From positions 3,970,001 to 4,034,000 of the forward strand of contig CM119371.1 in the NCBI GenBank assembly GCA_051294905.1: a DNA stretch of 64,000 nt. Reading direction: 5' to 3'. Position numbers and translations under genes: made by a program. Source of the DNA: Botryllus schlosseri. Its lineage: Eukaryota. A model generated the notes under the pieces. The model did no database searches, was not told the DNA's origin, and worked only from the letters and a program-made list of their open reading frames with translations. Positions 26,683-40,200 of this stretch are shown here, piece by piece. Each line of letters opens with the position of its first letter. The first letter of the stretch is position 1.

Positions 26683-28046
26683 CAGTGGTTCTCAACCTTT
26701 TTTGACACGCGCCCCCATTGGAGATGGTCAAAACAATCGCGCCCCCCTGGCCCCCCTTGCATTTATCGTCATGTCAAAAAGAGCACATCATCTAATACAG
26801 AGGTTGGCAACGTTTTTGATAATCATGGCCGCATTTCGATTGCTTATGTAGCGTAAGGCCGCATTCCAGGGCATAGCCGCAATGAACGATCTGGACGCAA
26901 AATTCCTATGGTAAACTGTCCATATCCATTCCCGGTGGACTCCGGGCTATTCTACTTTTCACAATGGCCTATTGTACGCACCGAAATCGCGAGTGGCAAT
27001 GTTATGAATAGTTGCCGGGGGGTGCATATTGTCGCGCTCCTTCAGGGCCGCGAACGAATTGTTATTTCTTGCCAATTCCCATTCCGGCTCAGATTAAGAA
27101 GGGCGCTACTGCATTAAAATCGAAAAATGAAGTCCTGTTGAATTGCGCGGAGGGCGAAGAAAATTTCAAGATTAATTAAAATCTCTCGAAAATGCGGGAG
27201 TGAATTCGTAATTGCAATTTGCATGTCTACGGCCGCCAACACATACTAATTGAATTGGGCGTCGACGGCCGCTCAAATTCCCTTCTACGGCCGCAGGCTG
27301 CCCATGCCCACCCCTGATCTAATAGTATACATAAGGTATATTTTACACCAATTTTGAATCTGCATTCCAGTTGTTGAGTCTTTTACATTGCTGACAAATT
27401 TCTCCAAACTTGTTTGAAAATAACAAAAAAAAACATTGAACAAGACATCCATTAATTAATTTCAAGGTATTGGTCACCCTGAGACTAATCCTGATGCTGG
27501 AAGTGAGTACAGAGAGCAAGGCGTCGTCCTGTCCTTCCAGGCTAAATTTGATCAGTTTTGGAAATTAATTAAATTGTGTTGATTTATAGCCTAATTGAGG
27601 GCGAAACCGGGCAACCTATGTTGCATCTAAGTGTGTCTTAGGCACTGCAGTTCGCAAGCTACTAACAAGAGCTGCCCAGCGCGACAAGCTTTAGGCTACT
27701 GTCAAAGCTATGAAGCAATGAATGACTTACACGTGGGAATTGCTCTCTATATCTCCAAAGAATTTCAAAAATTTGCTCAAATGAAGTTGAAATCAGACTA
27801 TACTCCGTTGAGCGCGGTTGCTAGAATTTGTATTTTGCAAGCTTTCTTGAATATGGAATAAATTTCATCTTCATTAATCGTCGTCTCATAATGGATGTGA
27901 AACACATGTTCAGACACGTACAATTTATACTGACTTTGTCAATTTCTCGCGCCCCCCCTATAATGACTTCGTCAATTTCTGGCGCCCCCCTGAGAGCCTC
28001 TCACGCCCCCCAAGGGGGGCGCGCCCCCCCAGGTTGAGAATCCCTG
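26683..28046. mobile_element. Non-autonomous hAT element
   Basis: CAGTGGTTCTCAACC...GGTTGAGAATCCCTG; perfect TSD gtatagtg. Confidence 0.88.
26798..27316. mobile_element. hAT MITE nested in 26683-28046
   Basis: CAGAGGTTGGCA...GCCCACCCCTG; perfect TSD atctaata; GGCCGC motifs; relative at ~54975-56370. Confidence 0.85.
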
Positions 28047-30334
28047 GTATAGTGTGTACGTCTATGGTATTTTATGTAAAACCTTCATAACTTTTCGCTA
28101 TTTGCATCACGCTTTATGACCTGAGCATGAGCATCAACTTGCATTTGTATGTACTGCTGCCTGAAATACCCAGGTTATTTCTTCAGCAATGTAACTCCAC
28201 AATCCTCCAATGCCAAATCGCTCTTTGGAATATGCTCATTGCTCATCATATATATATTGCATATGCGGTAATGCGGTTTGAATATTTACCTTGATTTCAA
28301 TTGTAGTTGACTGGAAAAACTGTGACATAACAAATTCCCATTCTGTAAATGTCTAATGCATAAAATTTTTACAGAACCGTTATTAACATTTATTATAAAT
28401 TATAGTCCATTCTAACTTTCAAGAAAAGATTGTTCGTGTATTGAAACAGCCGCAAAGTAATCCACAACCGCGAGGAAATTGAAAAGAATTTATAGATCTC
28501 ATTATCTTATGGGATTCTGACACGCCGGGCAGTCCGTGAGAAGCAACCATGTCATGTTCCACTCTGCTTCAGATATTGAGATATTTCCGAAGATTGTAGT
28601 CAAAATGAATAATACTTTGACAATTGGTGCCGGATTGGATTGATACTCATTGGATCGATTGATGCAGAGAAAAATAGTCTTGCTATTATTCGAGTGCGAG
28701 AGGCGAGGAGATGGATACTACAATGCAATCTGTGGATTATTTTGTGTGCCGTGTGAATATGACAACCAAGTTCAGCTACAACTGCCATTTAAAGTCATAT
28801 TGCATTACAGATAATATTGCTTCACTTGTACTAGCTGGAAAAATATATGCCGCTACTGCAAAACTGGAGATATTCTTATGCCCCAGAAATAGCAACGAAA
28901 TTCGTGAGCAGGGAAGCTTATCAAAGACACAAGAAAACAACAACAATGATAAATTTGATACGGACATTTTGGCAATCCATCGAGCAGACTACCTCATTAT
29001 CACCAAGAGATTGAGTCTTGATCTGTTATTGGAATCATTTTTAGCCTGATCAGGAAATCTGGCCGCAACTGCGATATGGTAGTTTTCAAAGAATAATTGA
29101 TTTCCAAAGAGGCTTGAAACATCCTAGTGTTCAAATGCCATGGTACTTGATGCTTCAATGCCCTCCGATTCTCAACGTCATGTAAAATCGCTGCTGTACC
29201 ATCCAACTGGAGTACTGTTATTGTCTTTACGAGAGAATAACGAAGCTCGAAAAAATAACATTTGAGAATATATATTTTTGTTACGTGACAAGAAACATTG
29301 ACGTTATCAACTATTAGGCACAGTTATTCGATTGTTCATAATAGCACAGCACAGTTTCATAAATTACAACAAAAATAGATGCACACAGTACATTTATCGA
29401 ATGGCTTAAACATAGGTATATCTGATATTGTAATTTGCATAAACATGAAAATCCCTTTTTGCTACATATTGACTTCACTTAAATGCTTTCCGTTGACTAG
29501 GATTTTGGTTCTTTTTATACTGAATTTAGATGACAACAAGTCTGACATAATAACAAAAGTTGTTTATGCAGTTTTCAAGTGTTATAGTAAATGAAATATC
29601 TATACCCTGTATAAAATTCTCAATGATATTATGGTGTTGGTATCCTCATAGAAATTTAGTCACGACTAGTATCAGAGCATTTAGGAGTCCATGAAGACGT
29701 GAGGTATTTAAGCTGTTCAAAATCCTGCTTCTGTAATACCCATCCGATGACACATTGTTACGACGCTTGGATTCGGTCAACTTCTTCCATGATCACCTCG
29801 ACCGTAGAGGGAATAAATGGTGATGTGTAAGTTCGGAAATTTGTTGAGTGAAGCGGATTGTTGGACAGTCTCTATTCCGTCCCATTCTTCGAAGTCACCA
29901 TCTTGCAAGTCAACTATTATTGTAAGAGTTGACAAACCGGACATGGACAATATTACAATTAAATGAATATACAAAGTTTATGCTGTGAACAATCATTTAT
30001 GTATCATTGGCTGTCCACAAGTCTATCAAACCTTAAATGGACAGTGGCAGGAACTTTCTTCCTATTGTGGGTCGCTCTTGCGCACACATACACTTGTAAG
30101 ATATACCATCATATCATGGGAAATTGTACTCATGAAGTAGTTCGAAAAAGTAGGTTAAGACCAGATTTTGAAGACGTTTGTTAGTCAATTGGATATTGAA
30201 ATCGACTTGTTGAAGCAGAAAACGAACAGTCCGAAAAGTACTCGAGTAGTATGAAGAAATGAGTTTGACTGTACATTGTATACATCCGTTAGTCAATTGT
30301 ATACTGTATCTACAAACTGCTGACGATTACTTGC

Positions 30335-30408
30335 AAGCATATTTTCTGTACCACCATCACTGCCGTTTGTTACGTATTTTGGTTGGATGAAATAAAGACT
30401 CTCTACTC
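30335..30408 (+). mobile_element. Short 3'-end fragment of the same LINE
   Basis: gcatattttctgtaccaccatcactgccg...aaataaagactctct matches the 11618-11690 tail. Confidence 0.75.
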
Positions 30409-31419
30409 CTGATAATAGATAAGTATCAACCAAAAATATTTCTATTTATTCAGTTGTATATAGGAGCATTCGAATCACAAGATGAATCTCCGTAACAAAG
30501 GTATAATGACTATTATTACTTCAAAAACGTGATGCTTTTTGCGATATCCTCAAGTAGGTTTTGCCTACTTCAGAAGGCCTGACTTCAGAGCCAGTTTTAG
30601 AACCTGGCTGAATTGACTTAAAAGAAATTCCATCTCATCGTTGCTATGAATCGGATCAGCACATACTCGTTCTTTCGTGGTCGTTCTTTAATCAGGCCGC
30701 GAAATTGGACAGTGTAATTGTGTATGCAATTATGCATGCAAATTGGAATTCATTACTGCGCATGATCGTCATTCACTTCTGTGAGGATTTTCGAGCGTAA
30801 ATAGGAGATAGTAGAAGAGTAGCCCAAAACGCCGTTACACTCAGCAAACAATTGTCGCGGTGCGAGCTACTCAATGCGATGTCAGGACCCCATGGTATTT
30901 TATGTTGGAGACTAATTACTGATTTGATACGCGATTTCCAATTTGTAATCATCTGTTTTGTAAATTCATTCTGGATTATCGCGCACTGTGACTTGTAAAT
31001 GTGCATTTTGCAATGTGCATACTGCATAGTTTAATTCGTTATGGACATGGCGCAGTTTTGAATTCGATTCGTTTAAGCGAGAAAATAGTATATTCCGATA
31101 AACTTGATCGACACCGGATGGACTGGTAACGAGTGCACGAATACCGAACGTCAAACCATTGGCTATTGAACAATTTGGTAGAAATCGAATTTCTATTGAT
31201 GAGGTCGTGATATCCGCCCATATTGCTCTTACTTCAGTTACAGTTGAATAATACTAATCGCACATTTAAAGATTGAATTGAGCTGTATGGCTTAATTTTA
31301 ACGAGTGCAGTGTCAGTGTTAAAACGCCGCGTCAGAATTTTCTGCTGTACACAGCAATGGCATGGAGTAAAGTGCGTTCTAGTGCAACTATGATGTTATC
31401 GACAATTGACAAGTATTCA

Positions 31420-34162
31420 TAAAAAAACGAGCCGAGATCAAGGCTTGTGAGCAAATTGAAAGGGAGGAAAACGAAAACATCTTTGGTTTTGATGACGATG
31501 AAGATGTCGTACGTGAAGAGCCAAGTTATACAGATATACGATGCAAGGCTCCCGTATTGAATTCGGAAGAAAAGGTACAAAACTTCGTTATTAGCAGGGT
31601 TGCCATCGACATGGGCCAAAAAATAAGGACAGTTGAAAAATTAAATTAGCATGAAAAAGCATTTTGTAAATGTACTGTATTTATACGAGCCGTGGCATAT
31701 CACATTCCATACTTTTCACCAGAAACAATCTGCTGCAGCAACTCCCTGTTGTTAGAAAGTGCTTCATGGATCTCGCGGCAGCTCTGTTCTAGGTTTACCT
31801 TTATTTAGGGCCGAAACAGCACTTCGTCAGCCCCCCCCTTAAAAAAATAAATAAATAAAATACCGTTGGTGTTGGCCCCTGGGGTGATAAACCAAATTTC
31901 GTCACCTCGTTAAGACGAGGCGTCAACCAAGATGGAAAAAGGCCGCACACCAAGTTTAGACAAGTCATTTTTGAGCGTATGGAGCAACAACTCAGTAACA
32001 ATGCTTGTCGTCTTGGTCCTGGCCGAATAAAACTTATTTGCAATGTTGGAATCGGAGAATATTGCTTTCAACAATTGTGATGTGTAATCGTTGGTGAGGA
32101 ATGATTAGCTGGTGTTTGACAGTATAGAATGCCTAGGTACCCTCTGCAGCTGCTGTCTTGTAGTCTGAGGTCGTTGGTGCTGATCGACTTGTGGAAAAAT
32201 TATTCATTGACTGGCTCAAATTAGTCATCATGACACACTTCTTGTGTTTTGGGGTATCAATGTAAGTTGAAGTAGCGGTCTCCCCTATGGCCTCCACGCA
32301 GGTTAATGTCACAATTGCAGATATTGCTATGTGCGAAACACTCGCCCTTCAATCTTCGTTAGATACCGTTGAATTCTCTCTCATAATTGACACGAAAAAC
32401 GTTTTCACGCCTGTTTATTTCACTAATCAGATTTAGTCTTCTTTGTAGCTAAAACTATATGAGCAAGTGCAATATAATTTGGAGAAATTTATCAATAATT
32501 TATAGCTTTACTACTTTTTAACCAATGTGTCGACTGCACTGCGCCTTTTTTCACTACGCAATAAATGCGGCTTTCCCCACAGCTTGAGCTTATTCTGCTG
32601 TGGACCAAACAGCAGTAACCTGGCATTGCTGTTTACTGCTAAAATGACGTCCGCTGCGGTAGCTTGGTACAGCCGAAACTGTTGTACACCCACTCACAAC
32701 CCTAGCTATCTCACCATTTAGAAGTCAAATCATGTGGTGTGTACGTCACGAGAGTTTCTTTCATTTATGATGTCATAAAATCTCGACGAATAAGCTTAAT
32801 TTTAGAATATTATGCAACATTCAACATAGATACAAGGGGAAAACGATCGAAGTTTTGTAGCGGTTGAAAATAAGACAAAATAAGGACGCAAGTCGAAAAT
32901 AAGGACATTTCTTAGAAATAAGGACAGTCGAGTTTTCTAAGACGTGGCCCTTCAAAATAAGGACAAATCTTAGAAATAAGGACGGTATGGCAACCCTGGT
33001 TATTAGTAACCCACATGTGTGTCCTGAAGTTAGGCAATGTAATGTCAAATCTAGTGAACCCGTATCCTACGGCCCAGGTATCGATAAAACTCCTGTGCAA
33101 ATGAACAATGTCCGACGTGTTGAACCGGAAGAAACCGGCCGAAACACGTTTGTAAAGATGCCCGTTAATCAATCTATCGATATGCCAATTGATCGTCAAT
33201 ACAACATGAAACCGTTGACGCGAATACCTGATATAAAAGTTTGGGTTTTTGATGGCGATGAAACTAATTATATATGGAATTGGAAAATTCGTTTAAAGCA
33301 TTAGTTGAAGATAGAGTGTATTGTGTTCATGAAAAGATGAATTTGTTGAAACAACATCTTGGCCCGGGCCCGCTGAAAGTTGTGAAATGTTATTTTCTGC
33401 GTGGTTCTGAGGAATCCTATCGAAAAGCAATCAGTGACTTGCGACGTAGGTATGGAAGCCCTATTGTTGTTGGGCAGGCCTTTCTAAATAAATTGAAAGA
33501 TTTGCGTCATATAAAGGAACATGGTAGATATGGGCTGCAAGAATTCTCTGATTTATTGGAGCAAGTTTTCGTGAACAAGCATTATGTATCAGAGTTGGGC
33601 ATTCTTGATTACTCGTCAAGTCATATGTATGTGGTAAAGAAGCTACCTCCGTCACTAGTGGAGAAGTGGCGCGTTAAAGTGTTTCAATACAAAGTGGAGA
33701 CCAATGATGAAAATTGCTACCCACCCTTTCGTATCATCGAGTATTTCGTGTCATTTGTAAGAGCTTCAAAACATGCCGGTATTCAGAATGTTGAACGAAA
33801 ACCAAAATATCACGCAATCTGCTCAAATGTTTGCCCGTGATAGGCCATGTGTTTCACTTGGAACTAATGTTATGTCAAGCGAGTATAATTGCATGTTTTG
33901 TGGAAGAAATGACCACCATATCCCGGATTGTGTGAATTTTGAGAATATACCGTTTTCTGAACGAATATCGTTTATGCGTGACAAGTTTTTATGTTATGGA
34001 TGTGGGGAAAGATTTACTAGAATGCACCATGGTAGAGATTGTCCAAAACGCGTAGTTTGTGTGAAATGCGGAAAGTTACACTTGACTAGCTTACATCCGT
34101 GCTCTGCTCCCGCTGTTTCTAATTGTATTGAAGTGTCCGAGCATAAAACTGTGGGTGATTGA
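31420..34162 (+). mobile_element. BEL/Pao LTR-retrotransposon gag remnant (31420-31594 plus 33007-34162); pol absent
   Basis: DUF1759-like segment (EKMNLLKQHL...YRKAISDLRRRYG) and three Cys/His knuckles (CMFC..H...C, CYGC...H...C, CVKCGKLHLTSLH); two frameshifts; 5' start approximate. Confidence 0.85.
31595..32998 (-). mobile_element. Internally deleted hAT transposon inserted in BEL/Pao gag
   Basis: TIR CAGGGTTGCCA; perfect TSD gttattag; AAATAAGGAC subterminal repeats; transposase relics AAAEGT*AFYTVKH...ARTKTTSIV (about 31980-32160) and C-terminus ELLQQIVSGEKY (about 31705-31795). Confidence 0.88.
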
Positions 34163-34291
34163 CAGTCTTGTTTATTTTTGGATATTGGGTTTTATTTTTG
34201 GAGATTCTCCAAAAATAAGATTTGAAAACATCCAAAAATAAGATTTTTTTGGATGATGATTTTTCAGGTTTTTCAGTGAAATGAACAAGTC

Positions 34292-37200
34292 AGTAGTGTA
34301 TATGATCGCTGGCACATTGGCGTTGGTTCTTATGGGTGCGGTCGCATGATAACGCGAAACTCGTGGTGGCATGCTAACCTTTTTGACCCCCCCCCCCCCT
34401 CTCGGTCGCATGATAGCGTTACAGAGATAGGGATCGGTCGCATGCTAACGTTTTCGGGTATAGGCGGCGGCGGCATGCTAACGTGAAAACTCGTGGTGGC
34501 ATGCTAATGTTTTTTGGTATACGTGCGGCGACATGCTAACGACGATGATGTGTCTGTCATGTATTCTTATGCGGTCTCTGGTGACTCGCCATGTGTTCTT
34601 ATGGGTGCGGTCGCATGCGGTTATTGCGTCTTATGACGGGGGTGGCGAGCGGCTATTGTGTTCGTATGGGTGCGTCGGCATATCGCACTTTCGGGTATAG
34701 GCATCTCTCGACCGATGTTGAAGAAGTATCAGGAATAGTAAATAGTCACGTGATTGATTCTTAGTTAATGTATGTATTACAAATTAATAAATATGACCGA
34801 TTCGAGTTAATCCCAACGTTTACGGTGAGTTCGACAATGATATATCGTTATTCTTATGGCGGGGGTGGCAAGCGGCTATTGTGTCTTGTGGTCGCACGGT
34901 AACCCTTTTCAGTATAGGGATTGGTCGCATGCTAACGTTGTGGGTATAGACCGCGGCGGTGACTCGTATTGAAAACTCGTGGTCGTGATTCGTACTTTCG
35001 GGTATAGGCTGCGGCGGTGACTCGTATTGAAAACTCGGGGTCGTGATTCGTACTTTTGGGTATAGGCTGCGGGTGGAATGTCGTACTTTCAACAAAAAAG
35101 GTGTGAAAATAGTTTGCAAAATCTAGGAATCAGTCGCTTGGTAATTAGTTTACCACGGAGCCGGCGTAGACGGTGATCGAATAGCAACAATAGCCGCGTT
35201 CACAAACTAACACTCCAAAAAGGTGTGAAATATTCTCTACAAGCGCTCGCAAGATAACACATCAGAATTGCCATCTCTCGTGGTTTGATGTTACAAAGGT
35301 AGGAATTACGCACAAGTAATATTTTGATAATTAGTTTGCCACAGAGCCGGCGTAGACGGTTATACCAACAATAGCCGCGTTCACATACTATCACTTCAAA
35401 TAGGTGTGAAATATTGGTAAAATCCCGCGATCGCTGACAAGATAATACCTAAGACATAACCATCTTTTCGCGGCTTCGTGTTACAGGCATATCGATCGCT
35501 CACGCGGTGAAATTTTCGTAAGCAGTTTGTCACAGAACTTGATTTCTCTCGTAAGATTTAATAAGTCACGAACAACAGATCGCCAGTGTCGGTAACTTGA
35601 ATAGCGACAAATTGTCACTTATTTCTACTCTAACCCCAATCCTTTGTGAAGTGTACGCTTATTCAAAAAGGTGCGAAATAATTCTAAAATCCTACGATCG
35701 CTCACAAGATAACACCTATAAGACATAACCATCTCTCGTGACTTGTGGTTACATACATCCCAATCGCTACAATGTAATATGTTGGTAGTTTGGCGCAGAA
35801 CTGGATTTCGCGAGTCTGATATAATAAGAATATTACCTATTAAGTAATACCCACCGAATAACAGAACCGTCGCAGACGCTGACTTGAATATCCAAGATTT
35901 GATACTTTCCGCGATCGCTATATGTTTCACGTTGACTTTGGTTGCGTGGTGCGAATCATGAGAATATTCAATCAATGTGTCAATTTGTCAACTTGAAATG
36001 AAACTCACTACACAAACCAAGTTGATTCGTATTTGAATGTGTTGATCCGGTACAACGCTAAGCCTTTGAGAAATCCATTTACCGCGATCAGTTGATTCGA
36101 ACGTAACCTGAATATTGCTGACTCCAACTTTAGTCGCATCGAATTATTCACACATTCCATTCCGCTGTTTCACGCCTATAGAATCAATACCAACTAACTA
36201 AACAAGAATCAAGAAATCGCAAGTATACACATACAATAATTGTATTTATTACTGAGAAATCAAACGCCTAACAAAAACACGCAACTTATCATTTGGCCAA
36301 CTCTAGCATTACCAAAAAATCTAGGTATTGTTGATTGAAAACCCTTGAGTCCTTATTATCAAAAATGATATAGTGTGGCGTCGGAATCCATTCGCGAGAT
36401 GTTCTATAGGTAAATTGAGGTAATCCAAAATGAAATATCTCGACTTTGACATAGTCTAAATTGAAATAGATTGACAAACATGACTACCAACTTTCCCGCA
36501 GTCCCATTTCAATATTATACACACATTGATTTGAAACAAGTAATGATACCTTACAACTCTATTCGCGATCCGGCTTTTCGTTTGTCAAAGCGACATTTTA
36601 ACATCTCACCATACTCAAAAGAATTATTCACAACATCACCAAGTGTTAAAAATCTAGTTTTCACTTACTTGATTATATCACTGCAACTCACAAATTTGAA
36701 TTAGTTCATTCTGGTTGTATTCGTATGATCGGTCTTTTTTATTCAATTGTAAAGGTCGTTACTATTCTGAAGACAAAGTATTTACTAATCGGCGCATATA
36801 CGATTTGACTTGGACATATTATATTTTGAGTATACGAGATTTGAATGTCTGAATAATAACCGAGAAATAATTTATCACAATAAAATCCGTACATTACAGC
36901 GTAAAAGATGTTGGAATGTCAGCAACTCTGTACGGTCAACCCGATCAACTCGTCATGATCATTCCTGAAATCGACACAAACATGACCACTGACTTGAGTT
37001 AACCACAAAACAGCATCAAGTTTTAAATCCACTTGTAGCTTACGGCTTATTCGAATGCTGGTTATGTTTTGTTGTAATTGAGTGTAGGGAAATAGTATTA
37101 CATCTCGACATCTTACCGTCTTACCATATTCAAAGAGTCAACCACGAAAACATTACCAAGTAAATCCGTTTGTACCTTACCCAACCAACTCAACAGTATC

Positions 37201-40200
37201 CTTATGAAAAGTAGACAAGACTACACGAGTAATCACCACAATCCGAAATCCATAGCAAGTTCAGTTGTATTCATAGTCCGCCAACTCGTATTTTTTTTTT
37301 ATTCAACTGTAAAAGTCGTTACTATTCTGTAACCTAAAGTAATTAGCCTACTACTCGGTGCGCACAACTTGAGGTTAACATAATATGTTTGAGTATACGA
37401 GGTTTGAAAGTTTGACCAACGTAGTTGAGAACTCATTTCTTACAATCGAACGCGGGCGTTATATTGAAAATTATAATGATGGAAACATAAGGTTCGACAC
37501 ATTGATTTGACATATGAGATTTTGTAATGCTCGACCACGACTTGATTATTAAATTATTTTGAATCACCTGAAATAATTGTCGTCATCTAACCAAACTACT
37601 GAAAGTCGTTGCCATCACAAAAACAATTTGCATGACGTTTATTAAATGTGTCCTATAGTTAGAATTATTTGTAAATCACACACACAAGCAGAGAAATTGA
37701 AAATCTTCCTAATGTCATTCGTCAAAGTAAATGTCATCACAATACTCAGTCACTAAAAGACCTTACTTGTACGGGATTGAAGCACCGATAATTAACTAGC
37801 TAAACCGAACTCCAAAGAAATTTTACTCACTCGACGGATATGAAACAGCATCGCTTAATCGGTCTATATCGTTTTTCTAAATGCAAATCATATCCACCCA
37901 GCAGAAAACAATTTTCACTCGCTTGGTAATGAAACCGAAGTCTCCATTTGATATTTTATTTTTGGTCAAATACTATGCAATGAACACATTTGAGTGACTG
38001 AGCTTTACATCATCAAGCTGTCATCTGTAAATCAAGATTACATCCAACTTGTAACTGTATCGCTTAACTACCGGGTTGCATCAGTTTGCTATTTTTTTTC
38101 ATTTAGTGACTGCTGAACATACCAAACGATGCACATTCACTTACGAAATACTGTGTTGATCGTAATTTCCACCTTCGTGATAATCGAAGTACATTTGTTT
38201 CGAATTCATAACAACCGACTACTTCTTTATGACATGGCGAATTTTTGGAAAAGTTATGCTTAGAAGATTGGTGCATCTCGCGAAAAATAATATACCACTC
38301 ATATTGATACTGTTACTCCATTGACCGGTATTTTCAAACGAGTCGATTTTCATCCGAGCAAAATTTATTACTTGAGTTGTCCCGCTCACTATATTTAAAT
38401 GTAAACTCACCCGTCTTTCAACAACAAACAATGATAAAAAAGTACACAAGCAAACACAACAAGTTTTACTTTTGTAGGACACTAATTATTATTCCACGCA
38501 TCTCATTTCATACTAAGTGTATATGAAAGATATTCATGGTACACGAATATATTCGCTCATGCTACGAACATACGCAATGATTGGTGACGCTTTCACACTA
38601 TTTCGATTTGGTGTAACAAAAACCACAACCACAATTTTCACTCTCTTGACTTATGAAAACAACAGACGAACCTTTATTCAATACTTTGTTTTTGTCAACT
38701 AGTTACTTTTTCATCAGACCCCCACTACTCTTACAAAAGTACGAAAGATATTTACATCACACAAAGTAATCAACTTTACTCGATATTCTCACATTACGAA
38801 ACTAAAGAATGGTTGGTTTGACTCTACAAACTGTTTCGTTACCTCAAGACCTTTATTGTCTGAATGGTTGTTCATGTGTCTTAAGAACCGAATAGTTCAA
38901 CACAGCACTAGTACCAACAGAAACATCAGAGTTGTTTACACAAAAGTTTGTATGTGTACAGTATGCGAATACCATGTGTAAGTCCGGCACAAGTGTGGTA
39001 TCCATCCGAGTTTAGTTAACACAAATTTATTACAACGGAGCCACGTAAACTTTCGTGAAAGAAAAGCCTACTCACTTCCAGAGGGTTATGTCAATGCCAT
39101 AGCAATACTCCAACAACAAAGTACATATGTTTTCTAGTCACGGTCCTTACATCTTACACACAAATCAATCTACTTTGCTAACGAAAAGTGCTGAGTCATC
39201 ACATGATTATCCTCACAACAACCAGTAGATGGAGCTGTATTAAAATGTTCCTAACCCTCTGCACACCGGTGACAAATTGTTTTGTGAATCGAGTTGTTGT
39301 TCCGCGTCAAGTCTCCGTGTTGAAGCGTACATTAAACAGCACAATCCAATTAAAACCATGAATCTATTTTCATTTCCTCACAAACTGTCACATACAGAAA
39401 AATAAATTTTATTCCGCCAAAAACATACTTGTAACCAATCGCTTTCATTAAACACACAACACCATAGAAGTATTTACTTTCTGCAGCATAGACATTCCGA
39501 TGTAATCAAGATATATTTTTATTAATCAAAATCATCGACTTCTGTTTACGGTGTTGGTGTGTGCATGGCATACATGTGGGTCCGTATTAAAATGGACACG
39601 ACTGAATGTTAGGAGATAGAAGTCTATCGCATAGATTTACATGTGGTCTTCGCTACGGTTTCAAAAACGAATCATCTATTTTGCATTGATCGAGACCGAA
39701 CAAGTTAGTTACATGTATTCGCGGTCATGATTGTGTTTGTCATATGCGAATGATAGGGTTACTGGCAAATCTACATACAACAACCTTCTGACTCTCATAA
39801 TAGTGTTTTCATTCTCTCCCTTCTTAATTGTAGACTCACGACAAGTATATTGTACAACTGGACAACTACGTTTAACAAGACCAACGACACTGAGCACACA
39901 CCTCTTACCCTAGTAACAATATCGTTTTCGTTTGGAAATATATTTTTTCCTAGAGTAGCAAACTATTTTCGTTTAGAAATATATTTTTTCCTTGAGTAAC
40001 AAACCCTTTTTCACTTGGAAATATATTTTTTCTCTGGGTAAGAAACCTTTTTCACTTGGAAATATATTTTTTCCCTGAGCAACAAACCATTTTCACTTGA
40101 CGATCCACCGTTTACCCGAGTAAACTGAAAACTGACAACCACAGCGGACAATTTGATATTTTTGTATATTGTTACAACAGACGGTGACAAAATATACACT

